Below, piece by piece: positions 48,767 through 49,736 of a DNA stretch of 49,736 nt. Numbering within the stretch: the stretch's first letter is position 1; every line of letters begins with the position of its first letter. A program made the translations under genes and the position numbers. The stretch is from Candidatus Bathyarchaeota archaeon. Its GTDB lineage: Archaea; Thermoproteota; Bathyarchaeia; Bathyarchaeales; Bathycorpusculaceae. Under the pieces are notes generated by a model, which was not told the origin of the DNA, made no database searches, and worked only from the letters and a program-made list of their open reading frames with translations. The stretch covers positions 1 through 49,736 of the forward strand of contig CAVZJV010000003.1 in assembly GCA_963775685.1 (NCBI GenBank), in the 5' to 3' direction.

Positions 48767-49714
48767 ATGTCCAAAAGCAATTTAATGCTTGAGAAGGCAA
48801 ATGCATTCGACAAAAATGGGTTAATGAAGCGTGAAATAGATAGTGCGCTTGTTTTGCTAAAGGAATTTAGGGGAAAATATCCTTTCGCAGAGAACCCTCA
48901 GTCAATAGATCTTCTAGAACCAGACAAAATCCTTAAGGCTAACTCAAAAGAAATTGGAGAATTTTTCCATTATCTAGTTTACACCCTTAATCCTTTCGGT
49001 AATCTAACAATTCAAAACTCTAACGTTTACCAAAACATTCAAACCCAAATCAGGGATTTCAAAAACTTACTTCACTGCGCAGTTGATAAAAAGAAGTCTT
49101 TAGCTGAAAAAGTGGATGCTCCTTGGGAGAAAATAAGCGGTTTAGGTCAAGACAAAAACATAGCCAAAAAAATCATTTTTTGCTTTAATTATGAAACTGG
49201 AGCGATACTGCCCATCTTTAGCACACAACACTTGAGGCACTTCGTTAACCATATTATTGATGCACCAAATGGTCAAACAAAATATTATTCTCAAGGGCAA
49301 GAATATGCACATTTTACTTCCGAACTGCTCAAAGCTAAAGATAGTCTGCCTATAACTCGAGCTTGGGAAATAACGTATTTCGCAAGGTTCCTCTGCAACA
49401 GTTACCCACCGCCAGATAGCGAAAAACCAACAACCAACCCCTCCGGAGAAGGAAAAGCCATAAACGTAGTAACCAACGAACAGTTGGAGCTAAGAGCCTT
49501 TGTTAAACTACTCGGCGAACTTCAGTCAAAGGGAAAAATCACAGGGCTACAGTTCCGAGAGAACCGCGAATTGTGGATGCACCAGCAACCCAACGACCGA
49601 GATGTAACGGTCTGGCGACTAAAGCAACTTCTAAAAGCAGAAACCAAAAACCCTAACGCCCCCAGAAATCAATCGGATGAACCGCCAAAACGACCAGCAC
49701 GGCAAAGACTTTAA
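48767..49714 (+). CDS. Hypothetical protein
   Basis: Long ORF with likely ATG at 48767; contains an HhH-like ISGLGQDKNIAKK; no confident family. Confidence 0.7.
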   Translation: MSKSNLMLEKANAFDKNGLMKREIDSALVLLKEFRGKYPFAENPQSIDLLEPDKILKANSKEIGEFFHYLVYTLNPFGNLTIQNSNVYQNIQTQIRDFKNLLHCAVDKKKSLAEKVDAPWEKISGLGQDKNIAKKIIFCFNYETGAILPIFSTQHLRHFVNHIIDAPNGQTKYYSQGQEYAHFTSELLKAKDSLPITRAWEITYFARFLCNSYPPPDSEKPTTNPSGEGKAINVVTNEQLELRAFVKLLGELQSKGKITGLQFRENRELWMHQQPNDRDVTVWRLKQLLKAETKNPNAPRNQSDEPPKRPARQRL

Positions 49715-49736
49715 GTAAATATTGGCGGGTCCGACG

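Noticed and set aside
1-49736. CRISPR array, tRNA or rRNA genes
   Set aside because: I saw no regularly spaced repeats, cloverleaf with a T-loop or rRNA-like sequence by eye. The element's att site is in a protein gene. A tRNAscan/CRISPR finder run would be needed to exclude them formally.

Overview
Archaeal chromosomal window, most consistent with Candidatus Bathyarchaeia. That placement is an inference from RadA, a single-OB-fold crenarchaeal-type SSB, archaeal MetRS, a DUF35/HMG-CoA synthase/thiolase cluster and frequent TTG/GTG starts. Most of the window is housekeeping: DNA repair (radical SAM + Y-family polymerase, family-4 UDG, radA, ssb, uvrB-uvrA-uvrC), glycosyltransferases, metG, RqcH/NFACT, pncB and mevalonate-entry genes. 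The main accessory feature is a ~9.5 kb tyrosine-integrase element at 6982-16531, bounded by an 11-bp direct repeat (ACGTGGAGGTC). It sits inside the 5' end of a PHP-phosphoesterase gene rather than in a tRNA gene. The displaced native start (MQINADLHV) is stranded just behind metG. The element supplies its own recoded replacement N-terminus (IQIRADLHV), which keeps the host gene's frame open. The element also carries a Zn-ribbon/P-loop replication-like protein, an RHH regulator, several unannotated small ORFs, a GC-rich multi-stem structure, a probable decayed cas1 C-terminus, a HEPN-like gene and two SHOCT proteins. Outside the element, two enzymes have remodelled active sites: a CysRS paralog lacking two Zn ligands and the anticodon domain, and a thiolase lacking its catalytic Cys and both His residues, next to a probable DUF35-HMG-CoA synthase fusion. 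Many single-base frameshifts suggest long-read assembly errors. All family assignments come from motif recognition; no database search was run.
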